64,000 nucleotides of DNA from positions 1 through 64,000 of the IMG/VR virus record IMGVR_UViG_3300028903_000001; one strand, 5' to 3'. Positions 27,798-38,074 of the stretch are shown here, piece by piece. The translations under genes were made by a program, and so were the position numbers. Positions within the stretch are counted from its first letter, which is position 1; every line of letters starts with the position of its first letter. This stretch comes from a virus (taxonomy: Duplodnaviria; Caudoviricetes). The notes below the pieces were generated by a model. It made no database searches, was not told where the DNA came from, and saw only the letters and a program-made list of their open reading frames with translations.

Positions 27798-29108
27798 TCA
27801 ATCGTAGGGGCGGACAAGGAGGTATTGCACATACCCGGTGTCATCAGTTTTGGTTCTCGTAAACGATGTGGCTGCCTTTGCCGTGACGGCAATAGGACCA
27901 TCCGCTGTCTCCGACAACTCACTTGGAATCACGGTGTAGTCGCTAGTGATGCCTGGATATGGCGGATCGATTGTCACAGCGAATCCTGCGGCACCATTGC
28001 CTTGAGGCTCTAGGACGTGCCAATTCGTCCTATCGACAGTTCCGCTTGTCGCGCCGACGCCGATGGAGGTTTGAGAGAACAAAGCCTCTCTCAAATCAGC
28101 ATCGACCAGGTCACCGAAGAGGTGAGGTCCAGTGGTGTCGTATAGCGAGGCGTGCCTGAAGTTGATTCTGGCCCGCTGCGTACCACCCAAGCCGTCATCG
28201 GTGCATCCGACTTGCCCAGCGATCTCGGCATAGTCGAATCTACCGATCTCCGTACCATCAGCAACATTTGTCAACGTGAAGTTGATCGTGATGTCGCCAG
28301 CGATCTTACCACTCGACCAGACGCTGCCGCATGCAAGTGCATCCGTATCGAGAATCGACGCGGTAACGTTCTGGACCTGAGTATCTTTGCCCATTACCGC
28401 CCACCCAAGCTCGTCCACGACTAGATCGGAGAAAAGCGACGATGTGGCAGTGACGGGTCCGCGACCCGAGGCTGGGGCCATGGTGGGAGTGACCGGGTAG
28501 TTGACGGTAATGTCGCCGAACTGGCACGAGTCGATGAACACTGGTCCAGTCGCGACGAATTGAATATCGCTGCCACGGACGTTGTGAATATCGATTCGGT
28601 TGGCTGTCTCGACAAGGACATCGCCGATCAGGTATAGGTCGGAAAGCTCGACACCGTTATAGCTCGTAGCGGCAGCGCTGCCATCCATGACGATAGCGTT
28701 GAAGCCAATGTTCATGATGCCGATGTCGCGGATCTGGAAGTGAGTCACTGCGCCGACGCTGATCTGTGCGCCGAGGATGAAGGTGTCGTTTCGCCCAAAT
28801 CCGCGAAGCGTGACCCTGTCGATCGGCGCGGCGGGCCAGACCAGAGGGACGGTTTGGACATAGGTTCCTGGGCTGACCCAGACCGTGTCTCCGGTCTGGG
28901 CCGCATCCAGGGCGGCTTGAATCGTGGCGTACTTCTTCGTGAAGCTGCCACGCTCAGCCGTCGCGTCGCTGCCGTTGACCTGATCTACGAACAGGATCTT
29001 GCTCCAGTCCGTACCAGCGCCACCGTTTTGGAGGAAGGCTACGAGCCTATGCCAAGCCTGATCAAGGTCGGGCTTGGAGTTGGACAGGGGAGGGGTGGGG
29101 AAACTCAT
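27798..29108 (-). CDS. Right-handed beta-helix spike-like protein
   Basis: FVDQVNGSD...KYATIQAALDAAQTGDTVWVSPGTY. Confidence 0.75.
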   Translation of the reverse strand: MSFPTPPLSNSKPDLDQAWHRLVAFLQNGGAGTDWSKILFVDQVNGSDATAERGSFTKKYATIQAALDAAQTGDTVWVSPGTYVQTVPLVWPAAPIDRVTLRGFGRNDTFILGAQISVGAVTHFQIRDIGIMNIGFNAIVMDGSAAATSYNGVELSDLYLIGDVLVETANRIDIHNVRGSDIQFVATGPVFIDSCQFGDITVNYPVTPTMAPASGRGPVTATSSLFSDLVVDELGWAVMGKDTQVQNVTASILDTDALACGSVWSSGKIAGDITINFTLTNVADGTEIGRFDYAEIAGQVGCTDDGLGGTQRARINFRHASLYDTTGPHLFGDLVDADLREALFSQTSIGVGATSGTVDRTNWHVLEPQGNGAAGFAVTIDPPYPGITSDYTVIPSELSETADGPIAVTAKAATSFTRTKTDDTGYVQYLLVRPYD

Positions 29109-29118
29109 AGTTTACCTA

Positions 29119-29619
29119 TTAGGGGATAACCAGCGAGAATGGGGCGCAGGTATAGCCGAGGCAGACGTAGGCGAAGGGGTTGTAGCCAACACCAGGAACT
29201 CCGTTGTACCCGGTCGCGTTCGCGATGATTCCGATCCGTACGCCTCCACCCGGATCCACGTCGGTGGCCTGTCCCGCGTCGCTACCGGAGAGGTAGGCGG
29301 GAGTGCCCTCAACCAGGGTTAGCCCATCCTCGAAATGAACGAGAGCGTAGCCATTGGTTCGAACCACACCGTTATCACCATCGTCGATGTCCATGGCGCA
29401 GACCGCGATAGGCTCCTCAAGCGCCATGCCGTCGTAAATGGCGAGAGTGACTTCACCATGGTCACTGGCGTAGACGATGTCGCCTCGCGCCATATCTGTG
29501 CCAGAACTGTTTGTTGCGCGATTATGCTCGACATAGTTCTGGATATTTCGAATGAGTCCGTCCCATGCCTGCTTGAGCGGCGTGGCGGATTCGGTCAAAA
29601 GGTCGATTGCTTTGAACAT
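29119..29619 (-). CDS. Decoration/cement-like protein, paralog 3
   Basis: RGDIVY...DGDNGVVRTNG...GLTLVEGTPAYLS...GQAT...RIG. Confidence 0.65.
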   Translation of the reverse strand: MFKAIDLLTESATPLKQAWDGLIRNIQNYVEHNRATNSSGTDMARGDIVYASDHGEVTLAIYDGMALEEPIAVCAMDIDDGDNGVVRTNGYALVHFEDGLTLVEGTPAYLSGSDAGQATDVDPGGGVRIGIIANATGYNGVPGVGYNPFAYVCLGYTCAPFSLVIP

Positions 29620-29631
29620 GACTTCACCACC

Positions 29632-30132
29632 TTACTGGACGCCGCGACCGCAGATGCTTCGCAGGTAGACGTAGGCTACGGGGTTATCGCCAGAGACGTA
29701 CTCGCTTCCATCCTCGAGCACACCGATCGCGCTGCTGAAAGTGAGTCCAACATTCGTCATGGTGGCGCGGCCCACGACATCACTGACGTAGACCGGAGTG
29801 CCGACAGCAGCCGAGTTGAGTGTCTCACCGTCCTTGAACCTGACAAGCACTCTGCCAGCCGTCTTGACACTGACCCTGGCACCGGAAGCGCCGCCGTTAT
29901 CGACCACGCCGACCCACCTCGCAGCGGCTCCGGTAACCTCCTCGGAATAGGCTCGGCTCACCTCGTCATCGCCAGAGGCGAAGACAACCTCTCCGATCTG
30001 AAGCGAAACGCCAGGCGCTTCACCATTGGTGGGACGGTAGTGCTCGACCTTGGTGGCGAGGACCCGGTACATGTACTGGAGCCAGCCACGGAAGCCGAGA
30101 CCGCTAAGCTTTGCATCATTCTTGGGGATCAT
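29632..30132 (-). CDS. Decoration/cement-like protein, paralog 2
   Basis: GEVVF...WVGVV...VKTAG...GTPVYVS..VGRAT. Confidence 0.65.
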   Translation of the reverse strand: MIPKNDAKLSGLGFRGWLQYMYRVLATKVEHYRPTNGEAPGVSLQIGEVVFASGDDEVSRAYSEEVTGAAARWVGVVDNGGASGARVSVKTAGRVLVRFKDGETLNSAAVGTPVYVSDVVGRATMTNVGLTFSSAIGVLEDGSEYVSGDNPVAYVYLRSICGRGVQ

Positions 30133-30147
30133 TTGTCTCGACTCCTG

Positions 30148-30642
30148 TTAGTCTACCGGCGCGCAGCAGCGTTGAAGTTGAACCCAGCAGCCATTGTCAA
30201 CACCATCTCCGACATAGGGGCTAGCGTCAACGATGGTGCCGATGCGGACCATGTAGCCTGGAGGCGCAAAGGGTTCCACATTCGTGGCGCGACCCGCTGT
30301 GGCAACGGATAGGTATATAGGTTCGCCAGCCGCGAGAGTGAGTCCGTCCACGAAAAGGACCCAGGCCCGGCCATTGGTGCGAACAATGCCGGTCTCGCCA
30401 TCCGCGATCGGCTCACAGACCACACCGACCCATTCGCTTGTCGCGAGCGCATCGGCTTGGGCAAGGACAGCCCGCCTATCGCCTGCTGTCAAGGCAATGA
30501 TCTCGCCGCGAACCATGTCGGCCACAGTCGCGTTGGTCACACGCATATGCTCTACCGTCGTCTGCAAGCGACGGATGAGCCCAGCGGCGGCTGCGCGGTG
30601 TCGCCAGTTGCTGGAAAGAAGATTTGCGAAACTAATCATCAC
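30148..30642 (-). CDS. Decoration/cement-like protein, paralog 1
   Basis: RGEII...WVGVV...VRTNG...GLTLAAGEPIYLS..AGRAT. Confidence 0.65.
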   Translation of the reverse strand: MMISFANLLSSNWRHRAAAAGLIRRLQTTVEHMRVTNATVADMVRGEIIALTAGDRRAVLAQADALATSEWVGVVCEPIADGETGIVRTNGRAWVLFVDGLTLAAGEPIYLSVATAGRATNVEPFAPPGYMVRIGTIVDASPYVGDGVDNGCWVQLQRCCAPVD

Positions 30643-30662
30643 TCATTCTCCTCGTCGAAGGA

Positions 30663-31496
30663 CTAGGCGCTTCGGCCACCCTTTTTCTTCGCGTTGTAAA
30701 GGTAGATTCCACCCGCCACTGCGGCTCCCGCCGCGAGAAGCATCCAGAGCGTGGAACTGTCACTGTCGCCTGCACCGACCGTATCGACACCGGGTGGGAC
30801 TCGGTCAACTGGGTCCTCCCCAGGCGGCTTGGGGGCCGGGGGCTCAACATCGACATAGGCTGTGCCGTCACTGTTGACCCTTCGATCCTTCCAATCGAGC
30901 GGACACTCTGGCCACTTGGCCGGGATACGAACGTAGTTGATACCATTCTGGAGCCAACCGTTTTCGCAGTCAGAGTCCATACGGTCGTAGTTGACCCTGA
31001 TGAGGGCTCGAGTCGTGTACAGTCCAGTTCCCCTCTGCCACGAGGACGGAAGCCATCCCTGTGCGATCTGCTCAAGCGTCTCGCCTTGTACCTCAAATTC
31101 GTAGGGTTTGACGTCGGTGTCTCTCGTCTTGGTACACTTGCCGGTGCCCTTTGCCTTAGCGGCGGGATCCGCGACCTTGGTGCCGTAACCATCGCCGGGA
31201 TACTCGGGGTCATCCGATGCGCCAAGCAGTCCAGTCACTCGGGGTCCGCCCAGGAACCGAGTCTGCGGCAGCGAGAACTTCTGCCCGACCTGAGCCCAGC
31301 GTGCCGGGATGTAGACCTTCAATCCCTCATGCCAATCCCTGGGATCGAAGACCAGGGCTCCGCAGCTATCGGTGGCGGTCCCGACATGGGGATTCATGTC
31401 GATGATGTCGCGATACGCCAGTCGGTTGCCGGTGTACATATACGCGACATCGGCGGGAGTCTCACCGCTCTTAACTACGTAGGAATACTTGCTCAT
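30663..31496 (-). CDS. LysM-domain protein with C-terminal TM
   Basis: YVVKSGETPADVA...DIIDMNP; second degenerate LysM; TM and basic tail. Confidence 0.75.
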   Translation of the reverse strand: MSKYSYVVKSGETPADVAYMYTGNRLAYRDIIDMNPHVGTATDSCGALVFDPRDWHEGLKVYIPARWAQVGQKFSLPQTRFLGGPRVTGLLGASDDPEYPGDGYGTKVADPAAKAKGTGKCTKTRDTDVKPYEFEVQGETLEQIAQGWLPSSWQRGTGLYTTRALIRVNYDRMDSDCENGWLQNGINYVRIPAKWPECPLDWKDRRVNSDGTAYVDVEPPAPKPPGEDPVDRVPPGVDTVGAGDSDSSTLWMLLAAGAAVAGGIYLYNAKKKGGRSA

Positions 31497-31505
31497 CTCT
31501 CTCTC

Positions 31506-32996
31506 CTAATCCTTCATCATCACGATGAGCCCGCCCACAAGGACGACTCCCACCGCTGCTGCGGCATAGGCAAACGTGTTGTCACTCTTCTCGCCAGCCA
31601 CGACAGGCTCTGTCTTTGGAGGCTGAGATGGATCTTCCTTACCCGGATCGACCGGGGGCAGAGGAGGTTCTGCCCCGCCTCCGCAGTTGAACCTGCTGAT
31701 GGCTTGCTGGACGCAGTAGTTGAACATCTCCGCTTCACAGTCAGCCTCGGACTGTCCCGGCCTACAAGTCGATCCGGTACCGGCTCGCACATTTTCGATA
31801 TGCCGCTGAGCAACCTTTGCGCATTCCGAATATGCCTGCTTGAAGTCGCAAGGGGAGCCCGATGACAGCCCGATCAGAGTCGGGTTGAGACAGCCACCGG
31901 CTCGAGACGGAGCGCTCCAGCAGCCTTCCGGCACCTCGACCTTAGACGTACTTTTGCATACCGAACAGGGATCCGCCGAGGCGCTACAGAGAAGTGCGAC
32001 GAATTCTTCAGGGGTCTCGTAGCACTCCTGACAATTCACCAACTTAGCATACGCATCGGTCCCGGCGCGTTTCATGCTGCACGCGATGAAGTCTTTGTGC
32101 GATACCACGGCTTGCGTAAACGCATTATCCCACTTCGTGGAGGCGAATTGCTGCGACCTGATCATCTTGCCGGTCGGAGTGCCGGGAGCCCAGGTCGAGG
32201 CGGAAAAGAAGTTGGGCAGTTCGGGAAGATCGGGGGGCGTCGTGTAGGGCTGCTCGATCTGCGGCGTAACACTGCCGGGGTCCTTCTTGGAGAAGATAGC
32301 GTCGAGCTTGGCCCAGACGCTGGGCGGAATGCTCAGAAACGCCTCTGCGATTTTGGCCCACGCGATGTCGGCCCAGGGAATCGCCTTGACCCACGCGGGT
32401 ACCGGCTGCCCCTCGTTGATTCCAATCGCTTTCAGGAAAGTGTTGGCACTTACGATGAGCAGAGCAAAGTTCTGCTCGGTCAAGATGCCTTTGGTAACGA
32501 TCGCTTCCATCAGCTTGATGGGATCGGTGGGGAAAGCCGACTTGTTCGTCACGGCAGGCAGATTACGCAGGTATGGGAACCATGTGTAGAGTACCTGCGC
32601 GATGGGAGTCACAATCGCGGGGGTGGGAGGCGGCGGAAGTGGCCAAGCCGTGGGATGCGTGGCGAGGTAGGCTTGCACCATCGTCGCGAAGCCGTTCATC
32701 AAATCGATCGGTACCGCCGGTATGGTAGGGATGCCGAGCCCGAGTCTGGCCTGCCCACCCGGTTCGCGCCAATGCGCGGGAACGCGCAGAAGCTCGCCGG
32801 GCTCGAGGCGAGAGAAGCACTTGTACAGCGTCCCCCCGCAGCCGCAAGTCGGCTTGTGCAGGTTCGCCCCGACAAGCTCGGGCCATTTCCCAGCAGGCAT
32901 CCCGAACCTGCCACAGATCTGCGTGACATGGTCGCCGGGCTGCACGCGATAAGGATAGCCCTTCACGTAACGAATCACGGGTGGATGGAGTGCCAT
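31506..32996 (-). CDS. LysM-domain, Cys-rich protein with C-terminal TM
   Basis: YRVQPGD...ELVGAN...LEPGELLRVP; TM at the end. Confidence 0.75.
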   Translation of the reverse strand: MALHPPVIRYVKGYPYRVQPGDHVTQICGRFGMPAGKWPELVGANLHKPTCGCGGTLYKCFSRLEPGELLRVPAHWREPGGQARLGLGIPTIPAVPIDLMNGFATMVQAYLATHPTAWPLPPPPTPAIVTPIAQVLYTWFPYLRNLPAVTNKSAFPTDPIKLMEAIVTKGILTEQNFALLIVSANTFLKAIGINEGQPVPAWVKAIPWADIAWAKIAEAFLSIPPSVWAKLDAIFSKKDPGSVTPQIEQPYTTPPDLPELPNFFSASTWAPGTPTGKMIRSQQFASTKWDNAFTQAVVSHKDFIACSMKRAGTDAYAKLVNCQECYETPEEFVALLCSASADPCSVCKSTSKVEVPEGCWSAPSRAGGCLNPTLIGLSSGSPCDFKQAYSECAKVAQRHIENVRAGTGSTCRPGQSEADCEAEMFNYCVQQAISRFNCGGGAEPPLPPVDPGKEDPSQPPKTEPVVAGEKSDNTFAYAAAAVGVVLVGGLIVMMKD

Positions 32997-32998
32997 GA

Positions 32999-33652
32999 CT
33001 ACTTGCGGCCCCTCTTGGTCAGGTAGTACAGGCCCGCGCCAGCCGCAGCGGTTGCCGCGACGCCAGCGAAGATCCAGCCCGCACTCATGCCTTCACTCGC
33101 GCCGACCTGTTCGACCTCACCGGGCTTGACCACGTTCGGGTTCGGGATGTAGGGAGTCACCTTGCCGCCGCAGTTCAACGACTCGGCGCTGGGAGCGACG
33201 AATTTGCCGAAACCGTACTGCACGACGGGAACCGCGTGTCCGATGCCGACCGGATCGTATCCAGCCGCCTTGAGATCAGAGTTGATGTACTGCTGAATAC
33301 CCTGGCTCGTGATGAGAAGCTCGTAGACATCGAGCCTGCCAAGCACGTAGTAGTCCGATACCTGCCTGGTCTTTTTCGCCCACTTCGCAAACAGCGCAGC
33401 GACTCCGCAGTCGTAGGTGACCGGGGGAGGGGGCGTGACGGCTCCCATCTGCTCAGCAGCGGAGATCTGAAGGATGTGCAGCAGTTCCTGCCCGGTAGCG
33501 AAGAGGGTATACACGATGTACCCATCGACGTCCTCTACGGCAAGAATGACCTCGTTTGCCGCACCGGGGTCGGTGAGATTCACGACCTCCGACATCGCAA
33601 GGGACTCGAGTTCGGAACTATCTGCGACCTTTGTCTTAGCGTATTGCATCAC
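32999..33652 (-). CDS. Virion membrane protein, C-terminal TM
   Basis: WIFAGVAATAAAGAGLYYLTKRGRK. Confidence 0.7.
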   Translation of the reverse strand: MMQYAKTKVADSSELESLAMSEVVNLTDPGAANEVILAVEDVDGYIVYTLFATGQELLHILQISAAEQMGAVTPPPPVTYDCGVAALFAKWAKKTRQVSDYYVLGRLDVYELLITSQGIQQYINSDLKAAGYDPVGIGHAVPVVQYGFGKFVAPSAESLNCGGKVTPYIPNPNVVKPGEVEQVGASEGMSAGWIFAGVAATAAAGAGLYYLTKRGRK

Positions 33653-34431
33653 TTATCTCCCCGTGCGGTGCATGGGATCATGTCGTAAATGATTCGGCCT
33701 CCGACGCGAGTATACACTGCTTCGGGGTAGTTGAGCATGAACACGTCTTCTCGCCTGAGTCCTGCCGTCTCGATGACGACGGGTTTGTTCGGTCTGCGGT
33801 CAGGGTCGGTCTGGTAGACCGAGGCGAAGAAGCCAATCGTGATGGGGCCCCTGACCTGGAGGTTCAGGTTTGGCTGGCAGTGGTGCCAGGGAAATCGCAT
33901 GTCCCGCCACGTCCCGAGGCCCGGCACGAGGTCCTTGCCGTAGGGAAGGCCAGAGTTGAGCGGGATATACACAGGCGCAGGCTGACGAGAGATCAACGCC
34001 GAGTCTGTCGTATCGGCGCGATTCGTCGCGTCGGGCGGAAAGATGAAGTCGGTGAAGATCGTTCGGTCCTGCGAATTGGCTTGCAGATTCCGCAGATGCC
34101 AACTCACATTGCCGTCGGGGAAGCTCCAGAGCGGATCCTCGACAGGCACCTCGAGCAGCCACGTCTCGTCTACCTCCCCGTCCTCTGCCGGGACCCTAGC
34201 GCCGATGTAGAGAAGCTGGTGAATCGCATTGATCACGCAGATCGTATCGGCTGGCACCTCGAGGCCGCAGAGTCGAAACAGGTAGCGATTATTCTGGTTC
34301 AACGTGGGGGGCTGCGGCACGGCGATGCCGGTAGAGTTCAAGTCGCCAGGAAGTGGAGACGAGCCTACCCCGACCCGGTTGATATCGTACTGGGCACTCG
34401 AGACCATGCCACGGTCGAGTAGCTCTGCCAT
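33649..34431 (-). CDS. Beta-rich structural protein (minor capsid/penton candidate)
   Basis: Position after the MCP candidate; beta-strand-rich, no TM. Confidence 0.5.
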   Translation of the reverse strand: MAELLDRGMVSSAQYDINRVGVGSSPLPGDLNSTGIAVPQPPTLNQNNRYLFRLCGLEVPADTICVINAIHQLLYIGARVPAEDGEVDETWLLEVPVEDPLWSFPDGNVSWHLRNLQANSQDRTIFTDFIFPPDATNRADTTDSALISRQPAPVYIPLNSGLPYGKDLVPGLGTWRDMRFPWHHCQPNLNLQVRGPITIGFFASVYQTDPDRRPNKPVVIETAGLRREDVFMLNYPEAVYTRVGGRIIYDMIPCTARGDK

Positions 34432-34434
34432 TTT

Positions 34435-35064
34435 CTACCGAACCCTCGTCACATCAGCGGCGGGCTGCGGATACATTTCCTCGTTACGAAGCGCACAGAC
34501 CACATCGTCGTAGGAGCAGCCGGGAAGCTCGCAACCGGAAAGCTCGAGACCGACCAGAGACAGCCTTACGATGTACGGCACCTCGTCGGTGAAGGCGCGA
34601 GTATTGACCGCATCGATCCTGATATTGCCGTCCCGGCTCAAGACCCAGTCAAGCTCGATCTTGTTTGTCGAACCTGCCGGTGACGCGAGATGCTCGATGG
34701 GCGTCATCACGTCCGTGATCCAGTTCTTGTCGCCGCGACCCGTGATGCGGAAGGTGATGTCCACGTACGGGTTTCGCTTCGTGAACTCGTCCTGCTGTCG
34801 CTGGAAGAAGGCTCCAACGTTTGCGGTGGGACGGTAGATGGAATAAGTCATGTATTTGACCCAGAACATCTGGTACATAGGCTCCTGAAGCCCAGTGCCT
34901 CGAATGGTCTGGTTTGCGGCGGCGCTATCCCATTGGAACGTCACATTGTAGATGCGTGGCTGAAGCGGCTGGCCGCGAGTCAGCATGTAGGCCAGCTTGG
35001 GATTGTACAATGCGAGCGTGCGGATGCTCTCCGCTGCCTTGTTTACCGCGTTCTGAGACGACAT
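34435..35064 (-). CDS. Beta-rich structural protein (second jelly-roll capsid/penton candidate)
   Basis: Directly downstream of the MCP candidate; alternating beta pattern (YNVTFQW, VDITFRITG, IVRLSLVG). Confidence 0.5.
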   Translation of the reverse strand: MSSQNAVNKAAESIRTLALYNPKLAYMLTRGQPLQPRIYNVTFQWDSAAANQTIRGTGLQEPMYQMFWVKYMTYSIYRPTANVGAFFQRQQDEFTKRNPYVDITFRITGRGDKNWITDVMTPIEHLASPAGSTNKIELDWVLSRDGNIRIDAVNTRAFTDEVPYIVRLSLVGLELSGCELPGCSYDDVVCALRNEEMYPQPAADVTRVR

Positions 35065-35089
35065 CAGCAGGCTCCTTTAGATAGAGATA

Positions 35090-35137
35090 AACGACAAGGG
35101 CCACACCGGGTTTGGTTCCGGCGCGGCCCTCGTCGTT
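35090..35137 (-). terminator. 20-bp RNA stem downstream of the MCP candidate (terminator/stabiliser)
   Basis: AACGACGAGGGCCGCGCCGG/CCGGTGTGGCCCTTGTCGTT pairs fully on the minus strand using three G-U pairs. Confidence 0.65.
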
Positions 35138-35192
35138 CACTCACTCACAACAGACACTAGCGTTACCCGACGGGGTCGCGCACCAACACTCT

Positions 35193-36479
35193 CTAGTCTC
35201 GGTCTCCGACCGGACCAGCCTCACCGACCGCACTCATGTAATCGTCGATGATCTTGTCGGCATGGTCGGTGGGACCCGAGAGAGCCGAGCAGTTCGCGAA
35301 GGTGCCCTGCATCGGCGCGTAGGTACCATTGAGCAGTTCCTGCATGAGAGCCTTATTGCTCAGCACGCGCTTCCACTGGCTGCACACGCCCTCGCGGACC
35401 TGGAAGCCCTTGAAGCCCAGGCCGACGCGGACCATGCCGCTGGGGATCTGGGTGAAAGCAGCGGAACCCGTATGAGCTTCCCCGTCCTCGAGCAGCGGGA
35501 ACGTGGCAGCAATGTTCGGGATCGGGCCTTGGCAGGCACGGATGACGGCTTCGTCGATCATGCGAGTGACGTAGTCCTCGTCACCCGCGCCGGGCTCCAT
35601 GAACATCTGAATCTTGGTGTTCGTGTCGAGCGGCATCGGGAAGGGCAGACGGTACCACGTCTCGACGGCGGGAAGCGCGTTGGGCTGACCATAGGCGGCA
35701 TCGGTCGCGACCATCCGGTTGGGAACGATCTCGCCGTCGGCGGTCTGCTCGCAGTTGATGGGAACAAAGAAGGGGAGATTGGGAACAGCAGCCGCCCCAT
35801 CGGAAACCGCCGGGCTCTGCGGCATGGCGGGATCGGTTGCCGCGCGAGCGTTGTAGCGACGGGTCAGGAAAAGATGCGGAGTCTTGGCATCGCTCAAGCC
35901 CTGGAACTCGACGCGGGAGCAGGCATTGCCGATATCGATGAGACGCTCGTTCAGGATCGTCTCGAGGCTCGAGTTCGGGCACTTGAATTCGAGGCGCATC
36001 GCGTGCATCAACGCCCACATAAAGCGCCACGTCGCGCCGCCATGGTCGAGTTGAGCCGCGCAGGGCACAGCGCCGCCGCGAGCGCCAGTGAACAGGGCGT
36101 CGAGGAAGGCTGCGTCTTGGCGCAGGTTGATGGGGGAGGCGGGAGTCTCCAAGATCGTGTTCGGGAAGCTGTTGCCTTCGATCACGGTCGAGTAGGGCTC
36201 GGTGTAGCAGAAGACGCAGACGCCGGTCACGATGATCGGGTCGTCGGGCGTGAAGGTCGGAGCGGTCAGGTTGCTACGGCTGAACTTGCGCGTATTGCTC
36301 TCGGCGATCTGGAAGACCTGAACCTCGTTGCCGGTCAGCCAGTTGTAGTCCTCGGCATCGATGGGAAGCTCGATGTTGCGGACAGCGGACAGGAGCGTGG
36401 GGTACACGCTAAGCGGCAGGCGAGACATGGCCAGCATGTCATCGACCGTATTGCACTTGAACATCTTGGGATACGACAT
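35193..36479 (-). CDS. Candidate major capsid protein (vertical jelly-roll type)
   Basis: 428 aa, beta-rich, strong GC3 codon bias, 3' stem-loop, sits after a basic membrane/core gene; VFQ...SNL...IIVTGV segment recalls jelly-roll MCPs. Confidence 0.55.
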   Translation of the reverse strand: MSYPKMFKCNTVDDMLAMSRLPLSVYPTLLSAVRNIELPIDAEDYNWLTGNEVQVFQIAESNTRKFSRSNLTAPTFTPDDPIIVTGVCVFCYTEPYSTVIEGNSFPNTILETPASPINLRQDAAFLDALFTGARGGAVPCAAQLDHGGATWRFMWALMHAMRLEFKCPNSSLETILNERLIDIGNACSRVEFQGLSDAKTPHLFLTRRYNARAATDPAMPQSPAVSDGAAAVPNLPFFVPINCEQTADGEIVPNRMVATDAAYGQPNALPAVETWYRLPFPMPLDTNTKIQMFMEPGAGDEDYVTRMIDEAVIRACQGPIPNIAATFPLLEDGEAHTGSAAFTQIPSGMVRVGLGFKGFQVREGVCSQWKRVLSNKALMQELLNGTYAPMQGTFANCSALSGPTDHADKIIDDYMSAVGEAGPVGDRD

Positions 36480-36548
36480 TTCGATTCACCTTGGGTTAGA
36501 AACCAGCCTCATTTTTCGCGTCGAAGTGGCCACTTCCACATAGCCTCA

Positions 36549-38048
36549 CTATCGACCAGGGATCCTGTAAGGACCCCTTACGTCACTGCGACGAATCACG
36601 AAGTCGCTACGATTCAGGTTGGCGTTGAGAGCGAGTCCGCTCTGCGAGCGCTGAGAGACCTGTTGTTGCTGCGGATCGTAGCTGTAGCGATTCACAGACT
36701 CATTGGGCCACTCGCGCCCCTCGGGGCGACCGGGAACGTTGAGTTCACTGCCGAAATCACTTATCCGTCGCCCAGACTCTGTCTCGACACGAGAGATGGG
36801 AGGCATTTCTCGACGAGAAATGGGCAGAGTCGGCTGCTGGCGAGAGATGCCAGACGGCAGGAACGTCCCATCCGGGTCTCGGGGAGAGAGCTTGATGGGC
36901 GGAACCGGCTCGCGAGGAGACACGGGAGGCTGCGGCTGCTGCGTGATCGGGGGACGTGCATTGACACTGTCCATGCAGTCGGAACCGCCGCCACCCACCA
37001 CATCGAACGGCCAGGGCTGGCACGATTCCCTACCACTGCTCACGTAGTTGCTCGGATCAACAGGCACACGAGTACAACCGTATTTGCCAACGCTACCGGC
37101 TGCCTGGGGGCCGATCATCATTGGCTTACCGAGAAAAGGGCGCAGGTACCCTCGGGGGCCAGCGAGCCCATACTGAAGTCGGTTGGCAAGCTTCGTCTCG
37201 CCCTCCTTGGGCTCCAGAAGCTTGGGCATCAAGTAGTCCTTGATGATCAGGGTGATACCCTTGGCGGCAAAGCCCGTCGCCATACCGGCGAGAAGGTAGG
37301 TGCCCACAACGCTCTTCTTGCGAAGCAGGAACGCGCCAACGCTCAGACCACCAGCCGCAGCGGCTTGCGCAAAAATGCGGATTCCGTCAGCCTTCTTGAC
37401 GATGGCAGCGGTTGCGTCTTGACCGTACTTGACGGCTCCGCTGTCACCCTTGCGGGTCGCGACGTAACGGTCGAGCACGTCGGCACCAGCCAAACCGAGG
37501 ATGAAGCCACCCGCTGCCGAGACGATCGCCTTGGTCTGGTTGGCAGGGTTCTCGCGGATGATCATGCGAGCCTTGCCCTTGCTGCTCATCGAGTAGCGAA
37601 CCGTCTTCTTCTTCGCCTTCTGAAGCCGCTTGCCCACGGTGCGAACGAACCGAGCAGTCTCCTTCGGCATGGGGCGACGACGCTTCTTGGAAGTTGTCAC
37701 CTTGACGGTACGGTTACCACTATCACTCTTCGTGATCTTGGTACCGGCACGCTTGCGACCAGTCTTCGCCTTGGTCGAATTTGCCTTACGGTTCGCTGCG
37801 ATCATCCGCTTGGTAGCGGCGATCTGGGCAGGGGTGCGCTTCTTGCTGGAGCGCCGACGCTTCTTAGCCATTTTCCTAGTCTCCTTACCTGAAGCCGGAG
37901 AAGTCCGGCTCACTCCTCCGACGACAGCCGCCCTCATGCGAACTGCGCCGACACTACGCTTTTTCGGCGAGGACTTCTTCTTGGCCTTCTTGTTGCGGGC
38001 AACGGCCCGCACACCGTGAGCAAAGCCAGCGGGTTCAACGAACGCCAT
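36549..38048 (-). CDS. Basic core/membrane protein (K/R-rich N-terminus, ENP motif, hydrophobic helices, Pro-rich tail)
   Basis: Protamine-like N-half, IIRENP, then about 3 Gly/Ala hydrophobic segments. Confidence 0.7.
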   Translation of the reverse strand: MAFVEPAGFAHGVRAVARNKKAKKKSSPKKRSVGAVRMRAAVVGGVSRTSPASGKETRKMAKKRRRSSKKRTPAQIAATKRMIAANRKANSTKAKTGRKRAGTKITKSDSGNRTVKVTTSKKRRRPMPKETARFVRTVGKRLQKAKKKTVRYSMSSKGKARMIIRENPANQTKAIVSAAGGFILGLAGADVLDRYVATRKGDSGAVKYGQDATAAIVKKADGIRIFAQAAAAGGLSVGAFLLRKKSVVGTYLLAGMATGFAAKGITLIIKDYLMPKLLEPKEGETKLANRLQYGLAGPRGYLRPFLGKPMMIGPQAAGSVGKYGCTRVPVDPSNYVSSGRESCQPWPFDVVGGGGSDCMDSVNARPPITQQPQPPVSPREPVPPIKLSPRDPDGTFLPSGISRQQPTLPISRREMPPISRVETESGRRISDFGSELNVPGRPEGREWPNESVNRYSYDPQQQQVSQRSQSGLALNANLNRSDFVIRRSDVRGPYRIPGR

Positions 38049-38074
38049 GACGCCTCGATAGATTTAGGATTGAT

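Noticed and set aside
35112-37892. 926-aa plus-strand ORF
   Set aside because: Antisense shadow of the codon-biased capsid and core genes; no recognisable motif
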